64,000 bases of DNA from the NCBI RefSeq assembly GCF_004010195.1, contig NC_057757.1, positions 3,688,149-3,752,148 on the forward strand, read 5' to 3'. The notes below the pieces were generated by a model. The model was not told the DNA's origin. It saw nothing but the letters and a program-made list of their open reading frames with translations, and made no database searches. The translations under genes were made by a program, and so were the position numbers. Numbering within the stretch: the first letter of the stretch is position 1; the number at the start of each line of letters is the position of its first letter. Positions 48,541 to 61,107 of the stretch are shown in pieces. Origin of the DNA: Chiloscyllium plagiosum. Taxonomy: Eukaryota.

Positions 48541-49059
48541 ATTCCGGGACAGTAATATCTTGCTCGGTGCATTGATGGGAGAGCTAGAACGGCAGTCTGG
48601 CATTGAAAAGGGCAGTTTGGGAGGGGGGGGGAAGGAGGGTTGTTCTGCTGTGGGGGAGGTGGTGTTGAGGAAAAGGGAGATTCCTGTTCCTGATGTTAAA
48701 AGGGACAAAGCTCTAACTGGCTCGACAGCACGACCAGCAGGTTACATTACAGGTGCCACCTTCAGGAGCAGGCATTTGTCTAGTGCCGCTCTCAGGGGTG
48801 TTCCAACGCGGCTTGGCAGAGCATGGACTGCCACTCTAACAGTGGGCGACCGCCGCAAAGCAAGATCACATGCTCAACGCTCACAGGGGTGGGGTGGGGG
48901 TGTCTGGGAGGGGGACGACGGTGCCCGAGGTGAAGAGACTGGACCGTTTCCCAGCCCCCCGCCCCACCTTCCCCACCATGGTGCCTGGCTTAAAGAAAGG
49001 AAACTTGCAAGACGGCAGTGTTCCCTCATGGCTGCTGCCTTTCCCCTCCCAGTTGGTAG

Positions 49060-50070
49060 TGCTACACAGCACAGAAACAGACCTTTCAGCTCAACTAGAT
49101 CATGATCCCAAACTAAACTAGTCCCCAGCTGCCTGCACTTACCCCACGTCTCTCCAAACCTTTCCTATCCATGTACTTATCCCAAAGTCTTTTAAAGATC
49201 ATAAATGCACCCACATCCTCTTGGAGCTCATGCCACACATTAACCCCTCTTTGGAAAAACGTCACCCCTCATGTCTTAAAACCTTTCTCTTCTCACTTTA
49301 AAAATGTCCCTTAGTCTTCAAAGCTCCCCCCAACCCTTGGGAAAAAGACACCTGCCATTCACCTTATCTATAGCCCTCACGATTTTATAAACCTCTGTAA
49401 GAACCCTGTTAACCTCTTACGCTCCAGGACCTTTCAGCCTTTCCTTGTATGCCACCCTCCATTCTGAGAGAAAGTAAGGACTGCAGATGCTGGAGATCAA
49501 AGTCGAGAGGGTGGTGCTGGAAAAGCACAGCTGGTCAGGCAGCATCTGAGGATCCAAGCCTAACCCTATCGCAGGATGCTGCCTGACCGGCTGTGCTTTT
49601 CCAGCACCACACTCTCGACACCCTCCATTCCTGGCAACATCCTGGTCAATCTCTGCTGAACCCTCTCCAGTTTAATAATATCCTTCCTATAACAGGGCGA
49701 GCAAGGCTGCATATAGTACTGTAAAAGTGGCCTCAATGTCCTGTACTACCTCAACATGACGTCTCCAAATCCTCTACTCAAAGGTCTGAGCAATGAAGAC
49801 AAGCCTTCTTACCCGTGCTGTCTACCTGTGACACAAACTTCAAACCATTATGTCCCTGAACCCCTAGGTGTCTCTGTTCCGAACTACTACCCAATACCCT
49901 ACTTTAAACTGTACAAATCCTGCCCTAGTTTGTTTCACCAAAGTGCAATGCCTGACATTTATCCAAATTAAGCTCCATCTGCCACTCTTCAGCCCATTGA
50001 CCAAGACCCCTTTGTAATGCTAGATAACCTTCTTCACTGTCCACTGCAGCACCAACCTTGGCATCATCTC
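49060..50070 (-). mobile_element. Decayed CR1 3' part with a Penelope-like inverted insert (about 49466-49620)
   Basis: CR1 3' UTR and ORF2 similarity; ctggaaaagcacagc and gctgtgcttttccag inverted pair; ccctccattc repeated on both sides of the insert. Confidence 0.65.
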
Positions 50071-50334
50071 ATAGCCCTCTGAGGTCTGTGTCCTCTCGCT
50101 GCCAGGCCCCTGCTTTCAGGAATTATATACTTAAGCGTCTATCGTGTTTTCCTGCTCTTAAGACATTCCTTAAAACCGATGACTTCCTCTGAGCTTCTTG
50201 ACCAATGCTGTGAGAGACTCGTGTCGAGTCTGGCTGGAAAATGCATCTGGGAAATTTCACTGCCTTACAAATATGCTACAAATACAACACCCTCCGTCCC
50301 CAATAACTATCCACATTCTGTCAGTTACCACGGA

Positions 50335-50695
50335 CCAGAAACTCAGCTGGGAATCCTGCAGCGAGTGATTCACCTCCTGACTCCCCAAAGCCTGTCCGCC
50401 ATCAACGAGGCACAAGTCAGGAGTGTGCAGGAATACTCCCCACGTGCCCCTGGATCGGGTCAGCTCCAGCAATACTCGAGAAGCTCGACACCATCCAGGA
50501 ACAAAGCAACCCCCGCTTGATTACCACATCAACAAACATCCCCTCCCTCCAACACCGACGCTTAGTAACAGCAGCGTGTACCGTCTACAGGAATTCACCA
50601 AAGATCCTCAGACAGCACCTTCCAAACCCATGACCACTTCCATCTCGAAGGACAAGGACAGCAGATACAAGGGAACGCCACCCCCTGCAGGTCCC
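50335..50695 (+). mobile_element. L2/CR1-group LINE fragment (related piece at about 59060-59410)
   Basis: QLGILQRVIHLLTPQSLSAINEAQVRSVQEYSP; both sites share ctcagacagcaccttccaaaccc. Confidence 0.55.
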
Positions 50696-50799
50696 TGTCC
50701 GAGCCCCTCACAAGAAGAGATGCAGAAAAGGTTTGACAAGGCGTTTCTGTGCCGTACGACTAAAAATAAACACAATTTGTGCCTCTGCACAGTCAGCTC

Positions 50800-50805
50800 T
50801 TTATT
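50800..50805 (-). promoter_or_regulatory. PELP1: Putative PELP1 polyadenylation signal
   Basis: AATAAA about 350 nt after the stop, followed by GT/T-rich sequence. Confidence 0.6.
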
Positions 50806-51154
50806 AATTGCTCGGGCTGATTGATTGATTGTGTTCAGACTTTTATATAAAAAAAATAGAAAATACCGGCAGATGGAGGCTCCTCACAGCCAGGCAATCT
50901 CTGGCTGGGTCAGAGATAAAACTAAATCGGTCGACACACTCCACCCATCGCCGCCCCCCCCCAGTTGTGGGTAAGCGGAGCACAAAGTGGAACAGAGTTT
51001 GCTCAGTGCTCCCTCACTCGGTTATAAGGAACACGCTCTGCATTGTGAATCCCGCTATCCATTCCCAAACCCTCCCCCTCCTGACCCAGTGCCCCTGTGA
51101 CCCACCCCCCCTCCTCCCCGGCATGTTTGGGGGGAGGAGGGGGGGGGAATGCCC

Positions 51155-51265
51155 TCAGGTACTGCTACTGGACGTGGCTCCAGCTGCCATATCTTTCACC
51201 TCCTCCTCGTCCGGAGGACAATCCACAAAGTCCGCCAACATGGCTGCCGCCTGGTCCTCCGGCTC
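51155..51265 (-). CDS. PELP1: PELP1 last coding exon
   Basis: EPEDQAAAMLADFVDCPPDEEE..*; acceptor ccctcag with upstream actaat branch point; phase 0. Confidence 0.9.
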   Translation of the reverse strand, partial: EPEDQAAAMLADFVDCPPDEEEVKDMAAGATSSSST

Positions 51266-51325
51266 CTGAGGGTGGGGGCCCACATTAGTTTGTGAAGTGG
51301 GGGGGGTGGGGGGGAGGAAGGAGGG

Positions 51326-51372
<47 letters not shown>

Positions 51373-52551
51373 ACATCAATCACAAATGAACAAGGCATGG
51401 AAGACTCTGACCGAGGGGGAATCGCAGGAGCTAAAGGCCATTAAGCGGCTGATCACCCGCAAGGGGATTGCGTCAGCCATGATGGAATGGTGGAGCGACC
51501 AATGGGCGGAATGCCCTCATTCTGCTCGCAAGGGAAGGAGAGAGATATTAGAATGGTCCTCGGTACATGAGGCATGAGCGCTGGATTGCGAACTCAGGGT
51601 CTTCTCCATGGCAACCATCGCCTCTGATTCACTCATTGGCCTTGAGTCACACAGCACGGAAACAGACCCATCGGCCCAACCAGTCCGTGCTGACCATAAT
51701 CCCGGGCTCAACTAGTCCCCACCTCCCTGCTCCTGGCCCATATCCCTCCAAACCTTTCCTATTCATGGACTTATCCACGTCATTGTACGCAACGAATGGG
51801 AAGGCTTAAGAGGGATAAAGGGCCAACAGCTGGCAAATGAGACTAGATCGGGTTCAGACATCGGGTCAGCGGGGAGTGGTTGGGCCAAAGGGTTTGTTCC
51901 CGCAGCTGGATGACTCTGTGGTTAAAACCCTCCGGTCCTGAAGCGGAGCCCCAAATCTTCCCGTTGGGAATGCAGAGTAACACTGCGGGTGCAATTTCGG
52001 GGAATGCTTCAGAGAAAGTGTGGGGAGGGGGGGAGAAGAGATGCTGAGACAGATGCCCCTCTCCAGATCCATCCGTGAGTGGTCGGGGAAGTGGCATTCT
52101 CCGAGAGAGAGAGACTTACCCCCCTCTCTCTCCTTTCAGCTGCGGTTCAAGGAGGGGTTGGGGGGTAGGGGGGTTTGTTGGAGACCCCCCCCTCCCCCTT
52201 GGTCGGAGCTGCCCCTCACCTCAGGGCGTCGGCTCCTTCCTGGAGTGGTACGACCAGTGTTCTGGTCGCAGGGAATGTGGATCACGGGCATAGGAGTAGG
52301 CCATTCGGCCCTTCCAGCCTGTGCTGCCTTCGACACAATTGCAGACTTTCTGTCCTGCTTCCTCTCCCCCACCCTCCTCACTCCCTGTAGCCACAAGTGG
52401 CTACGTTGGGCTCCCTCTGGAATATAGCTAGCACACAGGGTCGCAAGGGGTGGTGGCTGAAGTTACTTAGGACCGTTCCATCTTGGGGATGGGGGGGGAG
52501 GAAACAGTCACACCAGGATAGAGAGATGATTGGGGGGCTGGGGCTGCTTAC

Positions 52552-54129
52552 CTCAGTTTCAGGGGCAGGTTTCTCAGCGGGTTCCACCTCCTCCTCCTCT
52601 TCTCGCCGATGCTGCTCCGCAGGCTCAGCCTCCATCATGCCCTCCTCCTCCACCTCCCCCTGGGGGGGTGCCTCGACCGCGTCGGCCACTCCATCTCCCC
52701 CCTCCTCCTTCTGCAGGGTCGGGGCGCCCTCTTCCCCCGGGCTCGAGGCCCCTCCCCCTCCAGCAGAGGGGGGCTGGGAGTCCCCTCCGTCCGCTCGCTC
52801 CCCGGGGAGAGGGGGGGTGGACCGCAGCATCTCTGGGCGCGCTCCCTCCTCGCTCTCACCCAGAGGCGGCGGCAGTGGTTGGCTCTGGGCAGGGGCTCCC
52901 TGGGCCCGCCCCCCTGGGCTGCCCTCCCCCTCGCTCCGCCGGGGGCTGGGCATCCCCTCGGGGTGGGGCTCTGGTGGCCCAGGCCCCTCCCCCTCCTGTG
53001 GAGGCGCGGCCGGGAGCTCCGCAGGCCGTGGGGCGAGAGCGGGCTCCTCTTCAGAGGTGTCCCCCGGGCCCCTGGGCCTGTACATCTCCACCTCCCCTTC
53101 CTCCTCCTCATCTTCCTCGTCCTCATCCTCCATCTCCTCATCCATCTCGTCCTCCTCCAGCTCACCCTCCTCCTCAAAGTCCTCCTCTTCATCCTCGTAG
53201 TCCTCCTCCTCCTCTTCTTCCTCCTCCTCCTCCTCCTCGTCGTAGTAATCCTCCTCTTCCTCCTCCTCCTCCTCCAGGTAATCCTCCTCCCCTTCCTCGT
53301 CTTCGCTGCTGTTGATGTTGATGACCGTCAGCTCTTCGTCCGGCTCCTGGGAGGCAGGCCGGGCCTCGCCGGTGCCCCCTGGCTCTTGGGGCTGGGGCGT
53401 GGGGATGGGGAGGGGGGTTGGGGCCTGGGCTCCCTGGGCCCGAGGCGAGGCCACCACCACTTTCTCGATCTCCTCCGGCGCCTCTTCGCCCGGCCCTTCC
53501 TCTTCCTTCCTCCTCCTCTTGGCGTCGGCTGGGGTGGCAGGGGCTGGTGGCGGCGCCGGAGGGGAGGACGACGACGATGAGGGGGGCCCTGCGGCACTCG
53601 GCCCGGTGCCCCCCATTGCCGCCGGTGCCCCCCGGTCAGGCAGCAGCCCCTCGGGAACAATCACCACGCTGTCGTCAGAGTCGCTGTCCAGGGAGATCTC
53701 CACGTCCGACTCCTCCTCCTTGTCATAGCGAATGAAGACAGGGCGGCTGCAGTTGGCATCGCCCCCGAAGATGGCCTCCTCGCCGGGGGCCGCCGTGGGG
53801 ATCCCCTCCTGACCCATGCCGCGGTGGCTCTCCGCTGGTGACGGGAAGCGGGCGGGCGGTGGGAGGGAGAAACGAGCAGGCGGGGCGTGGTCAGTCAGAG
53901 CCCGGGGCCCGGCCCCGGGGGGAGGGGGGTGACTCGGAGGGGGAGGGGCAGGCAGGTGGAAGGTGGGCACCTGCGGTGGCCTGGCGGGGGCCTGCGGATC
54001 GGCGCTGGGCGTGGGCTTGAAGGCCGTGGCGATGAGGCTGGCAGCACTGAGGGGCATCTGCAGCGACGGCACCCGGGGGTGGATGAGACAGTTGCAGATG
54101 ACCAGAGCCTCTGAGCAGAACGACGAGAC
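52552..54129 (-). CDS. PELP1: PELP1 large Pro/Glu-rich exon (526 codons)
   Basis: VSSFCSEALV..HPRVPSLQ, RPVFIRYDKEEESDVEISLDSDSDDSVVIVPEG, VININSS, poly-Glu; acceptor cccacag, donor gtaagc. Confidence 0.95.
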
Positions 54130-54439
54130 CTGTGGGAGGGGGGGGGTGGGGGTGAAGGGGGAGAGGCGGGAGTGAGGGGAGGGGGCGAAGACGGCACAGG
54201 ATTTAAACATGGCGATACCGTCAGCGACAGGACCAACCCTTTCGGATCTCTTCTAACCCCCCTCCCCCCAAAAAAACCTCGAAAGCGCCGCAGACGCTGT
54301 GGGTCAGAGATGGCTGCAGAAGCTCAGTGGGTCTCCAGAGAGAAATCAAGAGTTAACACAGCAGCTCTGCCCTCGTTCACTCTGATTTCTCTCGGCAAGT
54401 GCTGCCAAACCTGCTGAGCGTTTCCAACTTCTGTTTTGG

Positions 54440-55380
54440 TTTCCCAAACTGAACAAGTCCCATTCAGCCCATATCTCTCTGAACCTTCCCTGTTAGTGTA
54501 CCTGTCCAAACACTTTTTAGATATTCTAATTGTACCAGCCTCCACCACTTCCTCTGGCAGCTCATTCCATACACACACCACCCTCTGTGTGAAAACGTTG
54601 CCCCTTAGGTCCCTTTTCCATCTTTCCCCCTCTCACCCTAAACCTATCCCCTTTTATAGTTTCAGACTCCCCTACCCTGGGGATAAAGAACTTGGCTATT
54701 CACCCTGATCCGTGCCCCTTGATTTTATTAACCTCTGCAAGGTCACCCCTGAGGCTCCGACGCTCCAGGGAAAAATGTCCCTGCCTCTCCTTATAACTCA
54801 AACCCTCCAGTCCTGCAAACATCCTTGTAAACGTTTGCTGCACCTTTTCCAGTTCAATACTATCCTTCCGATAGCAGTTATATGGAGTTTCCAAATGTCC
54901 TCTGTTCGAGCAGGATAAAGGTACTCGGATGCAAGAGGACTTATGGGGCTGCTCTCAGAGCAAGCGCACGTGCCCAACAGACAGCATGAGAGCGAGAGTA
55001 CCCGAGAGCGAGTGTGCCCGAGACAGGGCGCGATTGGGTCGGCTAGACATGTTTCCAATGTTGGCAAAGTCCAGAACTTGGGGTCACAGTCTAAGAGAAC
55101 GGGGTAAGGCCATTCAGGAATGAGATGAGGAAAAAACCCTTCACTCAGAGTTGGGAACCTGTGGAATTCTCTCCCGCAGGAAGCTGTTGTGGCCAGTTCA
55201 TTCGATATATTCAAGAGGGAGCTGGACGTGGCTCTTGCAGCTGAAGAGTTCAAGGGGTATAAGAGGAAAAGTAAGAATGGGATACTGAGATTGCACGATC
55301 AGCCAAGATTGCATTGAATGGTGGGGCAGGCTTGAAGGGCTGAATGACCTACTCCTGCACTAATATTGTGTGTTTCTGAA
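54440..55380. mobile_element. Two CR1 3' fragments (minus about 54450-54880, plus about 55035-55378) in a PELP1 intron
   Basis: YRKDSIELEKVQ and WNELPEEVVEAG motifs; 3' UTRs. Confidence 0.65.
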
Positions 55381-55849
55381 GAGTCAGCCACCTTGACTAT
55401 GGGTGTAGAGTCATGGGTAGGCCAGACCAGGTAAAGATGGCAGATTTCCTTCCCTACAGGACATTAGTGAACCAGATGGCGTTTTTAAAAACACCAATTT
55501 TCCAACAATCGACCATCATCACCACCACGACCGAGATCACAGAGATTTACCCATGGATTATAAATTCGACCCTGTTGCTATAGTGGGGTCTAAAGCGGTT
55601 TATAAAGTCATGACGGTCATGGATAGAGTGTAGAGCCAAGGTCTTTTCCCAAGGTTAGGGGAGTCCAGAACCACAGGGTAAGATGAGAGGGGAAAGATTT
55701 AAAAAGGACCTAAGGGGCAACGTTTTCACGCAGAGGGTGTTGAGTGTTTGGAACAAGCTGCCAGAGGATGCGGTGAAGGCTGGTACAATTACAACATTTA
55801 AAAGGCATCTGGATTGGTATGTGAATAGGAAGGGTTTAGAGGGACATGA

Positions 55850-56370
55850 ATCATCACAGAATCCCTACAGGGTGGAAACAGGCCAACAAGTCCATGCCGA
55901 CCCTCTAAACAGCATCCAAACCAGACTCATGACCACTATATCCCTGTAACCCACATTTCCCACCTACACATCCCTGGACACTATGGGACAATTCAGCACG
56001 GCCAATTCACCCTAACCTGCACATCCCTGGGCACTATGGGACAATTTAGCACGGCCAATCTACCCTAACCTGCACATCCCTGGGCACTATGGGACAATTC
56101 AGCACGGCCAATTCACTCTAACCTACACATCCCTGGACACTGTGGGGCAATCAAGCACGGCCAATCCACCCTAACCTGCACATCCCTGGGCACTATGGGA
56201 CAATTCAGCATGGCCAATCCACCCTAACCTGCACATCTTTCGATTGTGGGTGAAAACTGAAGCAACTGGAGGAAACCCATGCAGACACATGGAGAATATG
56301 CAAACTCCACACAAACAGTCGCCCGAGGGTGGGTTCGAACCCGGGTTCCTGGCGCCGTGTGGCAGCAGTA
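55850..56370 (-). mobile_element. HE1-type SINE with about five tandem 53-bp units
   Basis: Units 55965-56235, head near 56330-56370. Confidence 0.8.
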
Positions 56371-56515
56371 CTCTGTATCTAACCCCATGCTCCAGCTGCA
56401 GCACCCCACCTGGAAGGAAAGTGCAACTGCAGCATGACAGTTACATTACAGCACTGGGTGCCAAAAGGAACAAAGGTGGAAGCGTGTGTGGGGATGCGAT
56501 AGCTGCTTCCCTTAC

Positions 56516-56719
56516 CTCAGTGTTGCGGTCGTTCTGTCCTTGGCTGAACATTCTGACGGCGCAGTGCAGTGGTGGCGGCCATTTGGAATTGGGAACCAGC
56601 AGCAAGAAGAGCAGGAGACGGTATAGCTCCCGCCGACAATCCGCCCGGAGATAGGGGCTGGTCATGCTGCTGTTCTGCTGCAGTCGGAGCAGGAGGGGTA
56701 CCACCAGCTCATGGAGCTT
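56516..56719 (-). CDS. PELP1: PELP1 exon
   Basis: KLHELVVPLLLRLQQ..CRRELYRLLLFLLL..PPPLHCA; 204 nt, AG/GT boundaries. Confidence 0.95.
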
Positions 56720-57148
56720 CTGCAATAGGAAGACAGAGGGAAACAGGGAGGAAAAGGTGTTCAAAGTGGCTCTCATCGCAGACTCACCCTCGACAAATAC
56801 CTAAAGCAAACAGCTGCGGATACCGACAGAGCTAAAGTCTCAAGTCTAGTGACCCGAGTTACATTTAATAACGTATTTGCTGTCTATCAAACTGTTGACC
56901 GTTTGGGCTCATCTTGCTGGATTTTTGATACAACTGAGTCTAACACACAAGCCCCCCTCCCCCAGCCACATCGTGGGGGACAGTTAAGCGGCTGATTATT
57001 TGCCACCAGGAGACAGTCAAAGCCCAGGTATCGGAGCAACTGCCCAAATGGTTAACCCTGTTACAGAGCCAGCCTTGAACTCACTGGCTCGGTGTTACGA
57101 AGAAACCCCATTTGCCCCATTTCCTGGCTGGCGCTGAGTCGCTCTCAC

Positions 57149-57204
57149 CTTGTGGGTCTCTTCCTTCAGCAAGCTTCCACAGGATAGGATCACATCGCTG
57201 CAGA
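57149..57204 (-). CDS. PELP1: PELP1 exon
   Basis: (V)CSDVILSCGSLLKEETHK; 56 nt, phase 1 to 0. Confidence 0.9.
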
Positions 57205-57822
57205 CTGCACCGGGGAGGGAGGGACAAAAAGCAGAGTGTTAGGGTCCTGCAGTCAGTCGGGGGAGTGGTCAGAGTCCTTGTGCCACCCCCAGACACCGTC
57301 AATTGTATCACGGCACACCATGTAGGAGGAGGCCATTCTGCCCCTCAATAAGGTCACGGCTCATCCTGACTGTGGCCACGATTTCACACCCAGCCTTCCC
57401 TCCGCCGAGACCTGACACCCCCCCCTCCGATGATAAGTGTTTCTTTCATCTCGGCCCTGATTACGTTAAAGGGCTTGGCTCCCTCTGGGACGGAGGGGAG
57501 ATAATTCAGAACACTGACCGCGCTCTGAAAGAGATGCCTTCTCCAACGGGAGGTTTCAAAATTGTCAAAACCCACCCCCCAATCCTTGTGGTTCCCACTG
57601 TGCCGGTGAAAGGTGGCCGCCTGAACTGCCAGGGTTTTCACCATGTCCCCGAGCTCCCCGCTACCTCTCCCTCACCTCAGACCAACCTTTGCAACCCTCA
57701 GTTTCCCTCCACCGCCACTTTCTCCCTGTGTCTCATATCAAAGGCAGAACGATCTTTGTAGTGGAGGCTGTGCCCTTGCGCCTCTGTGGGGCATAGAGGC
57801 GGAGACATACAGGCGCGGGTAC

Positions 57823-57988
57823 CTTTCAACGCTGCGAGGCAGACGTCGCCGTTGGCGGTGGGGTCCCGCTTCCTGTGGCCCGGCACGGCCGCAGCATCCT
57901 CCAGGTCCATCAGCTTCTGCCTTTTGGCGCTCGGCTTGCCGTAGTTGAATGGCTGGCTCCCATCTCCCGCCGGCTTGCTGGGCCGGAG
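57823..57988 (-). CDS. PELP1: PELP1 exon (contains NLS-like KPSAKRQKL)
   Basis: LRPSKPAGDGSQPFNYGKPSAKRQKLMDLE..HRKRDPTANGDVCLAALK; 166 nt, phase 0 to 1. Confidence 0.9.
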
Positions 57989-58679
57989 CTGCGGGGTGAG
58001 GGTGGAGAGAGAGCAGGGTCAATGCCAAGGCCTCACTCTGGCTTCCCCGCCTCCAACCTCATGGCGGAAGAGAGGGAGGGGTGCTGACTGACCTCTGTCC
58101 TACCTCATGTACATCATTTGGAGATGTTGGGGAAGGTGGCAGTGAGGTTGAGAAATTTCAAATTCCCCCAAGAGACCGCAGGCTTAATGGCAATGTTATT
58201 ATGCTCCCCCCAACTCCTCCGCCCCGGCAAATGCGGCCCCTGTTTAATGCCTCAGACTCGGGGAGACACCCAGAGGGGGAACGGGGGAGGGTGGTGACGC
58301 ACAGAGTGAGTGCTACACCGCATGCTGTCCCTGGCCCGGGAGCATTGTGCTGGGAACTTAGCTTTCCACTCAGGTCTGATGGCCGATGAAACCCTCATGA
58401 TGTGTTCGAGCATCTCGCGGTCCCGGGAATGTCTGATGGAGACGGTGTTGGGAAACTTCAGTTTGAGCTTAAAGATTAGGAGTTTCTCCTCTGTATTGAA
58501 CTCTGCGCTGTCCCTGTCCGGGAAGTGCCTGATGGAGCAGAGGGGACCGTGTAAAGGGAGCTTTGCTCTGTAGCTAACCCCATGCTGTCCCTGTCCTGGG
58601 AGTGCCTGATATGGGGGAAAGAGTCAACGCCACATTGAATTCCCCCAACTCCCCCCATCCGCCATGTCACTTCCCTTAC

Positions 58680-58830
58680 CTTGGTCGTGTCCACCACTGG
58701 GGTCACGTCAGCAATCAGGTTGGCCAATAGGACGTCACAGTGATGGAACGGCCCCTGCAGGACCCCCGAGGATGCCCCGCACACCTTCAGCCACGTCCCC
58801 AGCACCTCGTAGGCCTTGACTCTCACTGAG
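58680..58830 (-). CDS. PELP1: PELP1 exon
   Basis: (S)SVRVKAYEVLGTWLKVCGASSGVLQG..LLANLIADVTP; 151 nt, phase 2 to 0. Confidence 0.9.
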
Positions 58831-59539
58831 CTGCGAGTACAAAAAGGGGCGGCATTGCAGTCAGCTCCTGTCCAGTCTTTACCCACAGCTCTGGGCAAGT
58901 TAGGCACTGCCTCCCAGGACAGCCTGACCCGCCAGATGGTGGCAAGTTGCCCCTGCCCAGCCACATACAACTGACTGGGGTCAGTAGGTCACCCCCTCCC
59001 CAAAACCCCAAGAGGGCATCAAGTGATTCCACTCAGTTGGCACCTACAGCCAATGCCTCCACCATGGAGGCTCAGTGTGTCTCAGCTACCAGAATTCACC
59101 AAAAATCCTCAGACAGCACCTTCCAAACCCCACAACCACTTCAGTCTAGAAGGACGAGGGAGGCAGATACATGGGAACACCACACCCCCGGCACGTTCCC
59201 CTCCACTCCCCATCCCGATTTAGAAATGTATCGGCTGTTCCTTCAGTGTCGCTGGGTCAGAATCCCAGAACTCCCTCCCTAACGGTGCCATTTGGATGAC
59301 CCTACATCATCCAGGACTACAGCGGCTTAAGAAGGCAGGTCAACCCCACCTTCGCAAGGGGCAAATCCAAATAAATGCTGGGCCCAGCCAGCAACACCCA
59401 GATTCGCCAAGTAACTTTTCTTTAAAAAGCTGAGGTTTCACTCCCGGCGAGAGATTGGAGTCATGTTATGAAAGGTTTCAGTAACTTAGGACCAGATACA
59501 CTGGCATTTAAAAGGAGGTGATTTTATTGAAACCTTTGG

Positions 59540-60010
59540 GATTTGAAGAGGACTGGAGTACTGTGTGCAGTTCTGGTCACCCTGTTATAGGAAGGATATT
59601 ATTACACTGGAGACAGTTCCAAAGACGAAATCTCAGGATGTTGCTGGGGATGGAGGGCTCGGGTTATAAGGAAAAGCTGGATAGGCTGGGACTTTTTTCA
59701 CTGGAGCATAGGTGTTTGAGGTTTACAAACTTATATAGTTTAGACGTTTATAAGGAGAGAGATATAAAAGATACAAGGGCAATTTTTTCTTTTACACAGA
59801 AGCTGGTTCTTGTGTGGAATGAACTTCCAGAGGAAGTGGCGGTTATTGACACAATTACAACGTGGAAAAGAGAGACTTAGATAAGTCCATGAATAGGAAA
59901 GGTTTGGAGGGATATGAGCCAGGAGCAGGCAGGTGGGACTAGTTTAGTTTGGGATTCTGGTTGGCGTGGACTGGTTGGGCTGAAGAGTCTATTTCCATGC
60001 TGAGGACTCT
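59540..60010 (+). mobile_element. CR1 3' fragment
   Basis: LDRLGLFSLE and VWNELPEEV motifs. Confidence 0.7.
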
Positions 60011-60507
60011 AGTAGATGCTGGGAGGATGTTTCCAGGGGTCTCAGCACTAAAGTAAGGGATTGCTCATTTAAGATGGAGATGAGTAGGCATGTCTCTCTC
60101 TGAGAGAATCCTTAAGGTTTGGAATTCTCTCCCCTCAGAGTGGAAGCTGTGCCACTGACTATATCCAATAGGGAGTTAGACCGGCCCCTTATCGATCGGA
60201 AACCTGAGTGTGTGACAGTGTGTGTGTGCAAGAGAAAGAGAAAGAGCAAAAAACAAAGGGAGAAAGAGTTTTGAACACTGTCTCGATGGAGGCCTGGGGG
60301 CAGCTGTTGAAATCTTTTTTAGGTGGATAAGGCAGATAGATTCGTATTTTGAATGGGAAACCAACAGCAATCGGAGGAGAGGGGGGAACGAGAATAAAGA
60401 GCTGGAGACACAAAGCAGCTATGGGCGGAGCAGGCTAGAGGGGCTGAATGGTCTCGTACTGCCCCAATTCCAGACGCGCTTGCCCCGTTCGGGATGTACT
60501 GACTGAC

Positions 60508-60624
60508 CTGTAGGCTCTCTCCTGCCCGGGCACAGCGGACTCCCGGGGTGTGCTCCAGGCAGTCAGGACCTGCGGGAAGAGCCGGCAGATGATGTCGGAA
60601 AAGCGTACCAAATGCTTCCTGCTC
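60508..60624 (-). CDS. PELP1: PELP1 exon
   Basis: SRKHLVRFSDIICRLFPQVLTAWSTPRESAVPGQERAY; 117 nt, phase 2 to 2. Confidence 0.9.
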
Positions 60625-61107
60625 CTGTCGAGGTAAAACACAGCAATTTTTCACGTGCCAGGGCATCATTTTCATCACAGACACCAGCCAGGAAGGGCAA
60701 CTGCAAGGATCAGGAGCAAAATTAGGCCATTCGGCCCATCGGATCTACTCCACCATTCGATCGTGATTTCTCAACCACATTCTCCTGTCTTTCTCCCCGT
60801 AACCCTCACTAATCCAGAACCCTTCTCTCTGTCTGAAAGACACTCAATAATCTGCCCTCCACAGCCCTCTGTGGTAAATGGTTTCCACAGATTCACCACC
60901 CTCTGGCTGAAGAAATTCCTCATCTCAGTTATGCCCTCCAGTGGGAAAACGCTGCTGGCTATTCACCTTATTGATGCCCCTCATAATTTTATAAACCTCT
61001 ATGCAGTCACCCATCTGTCTCAGACCCTCCAGAGAGCAAGGTCCCAGCCTATCCAGCCTCTCCTTATAGCTCAAACCTTCCAGTCCAGATAGCATCCTGA
61101 TAAACAG

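Noticed and set aside
52397..54175. Plus-strand ORFs overlapping PELP1
   Set aside because: Antisense shadows of a GC-rich exon
58376..58437. ctgatg..gaaac hammerhead-like and C/D-box-like motifs in a PELP1 intron
   Set aside because: Core is not CUGANGA, no stem II, imperfect C box, too short, and antisense to the host gene
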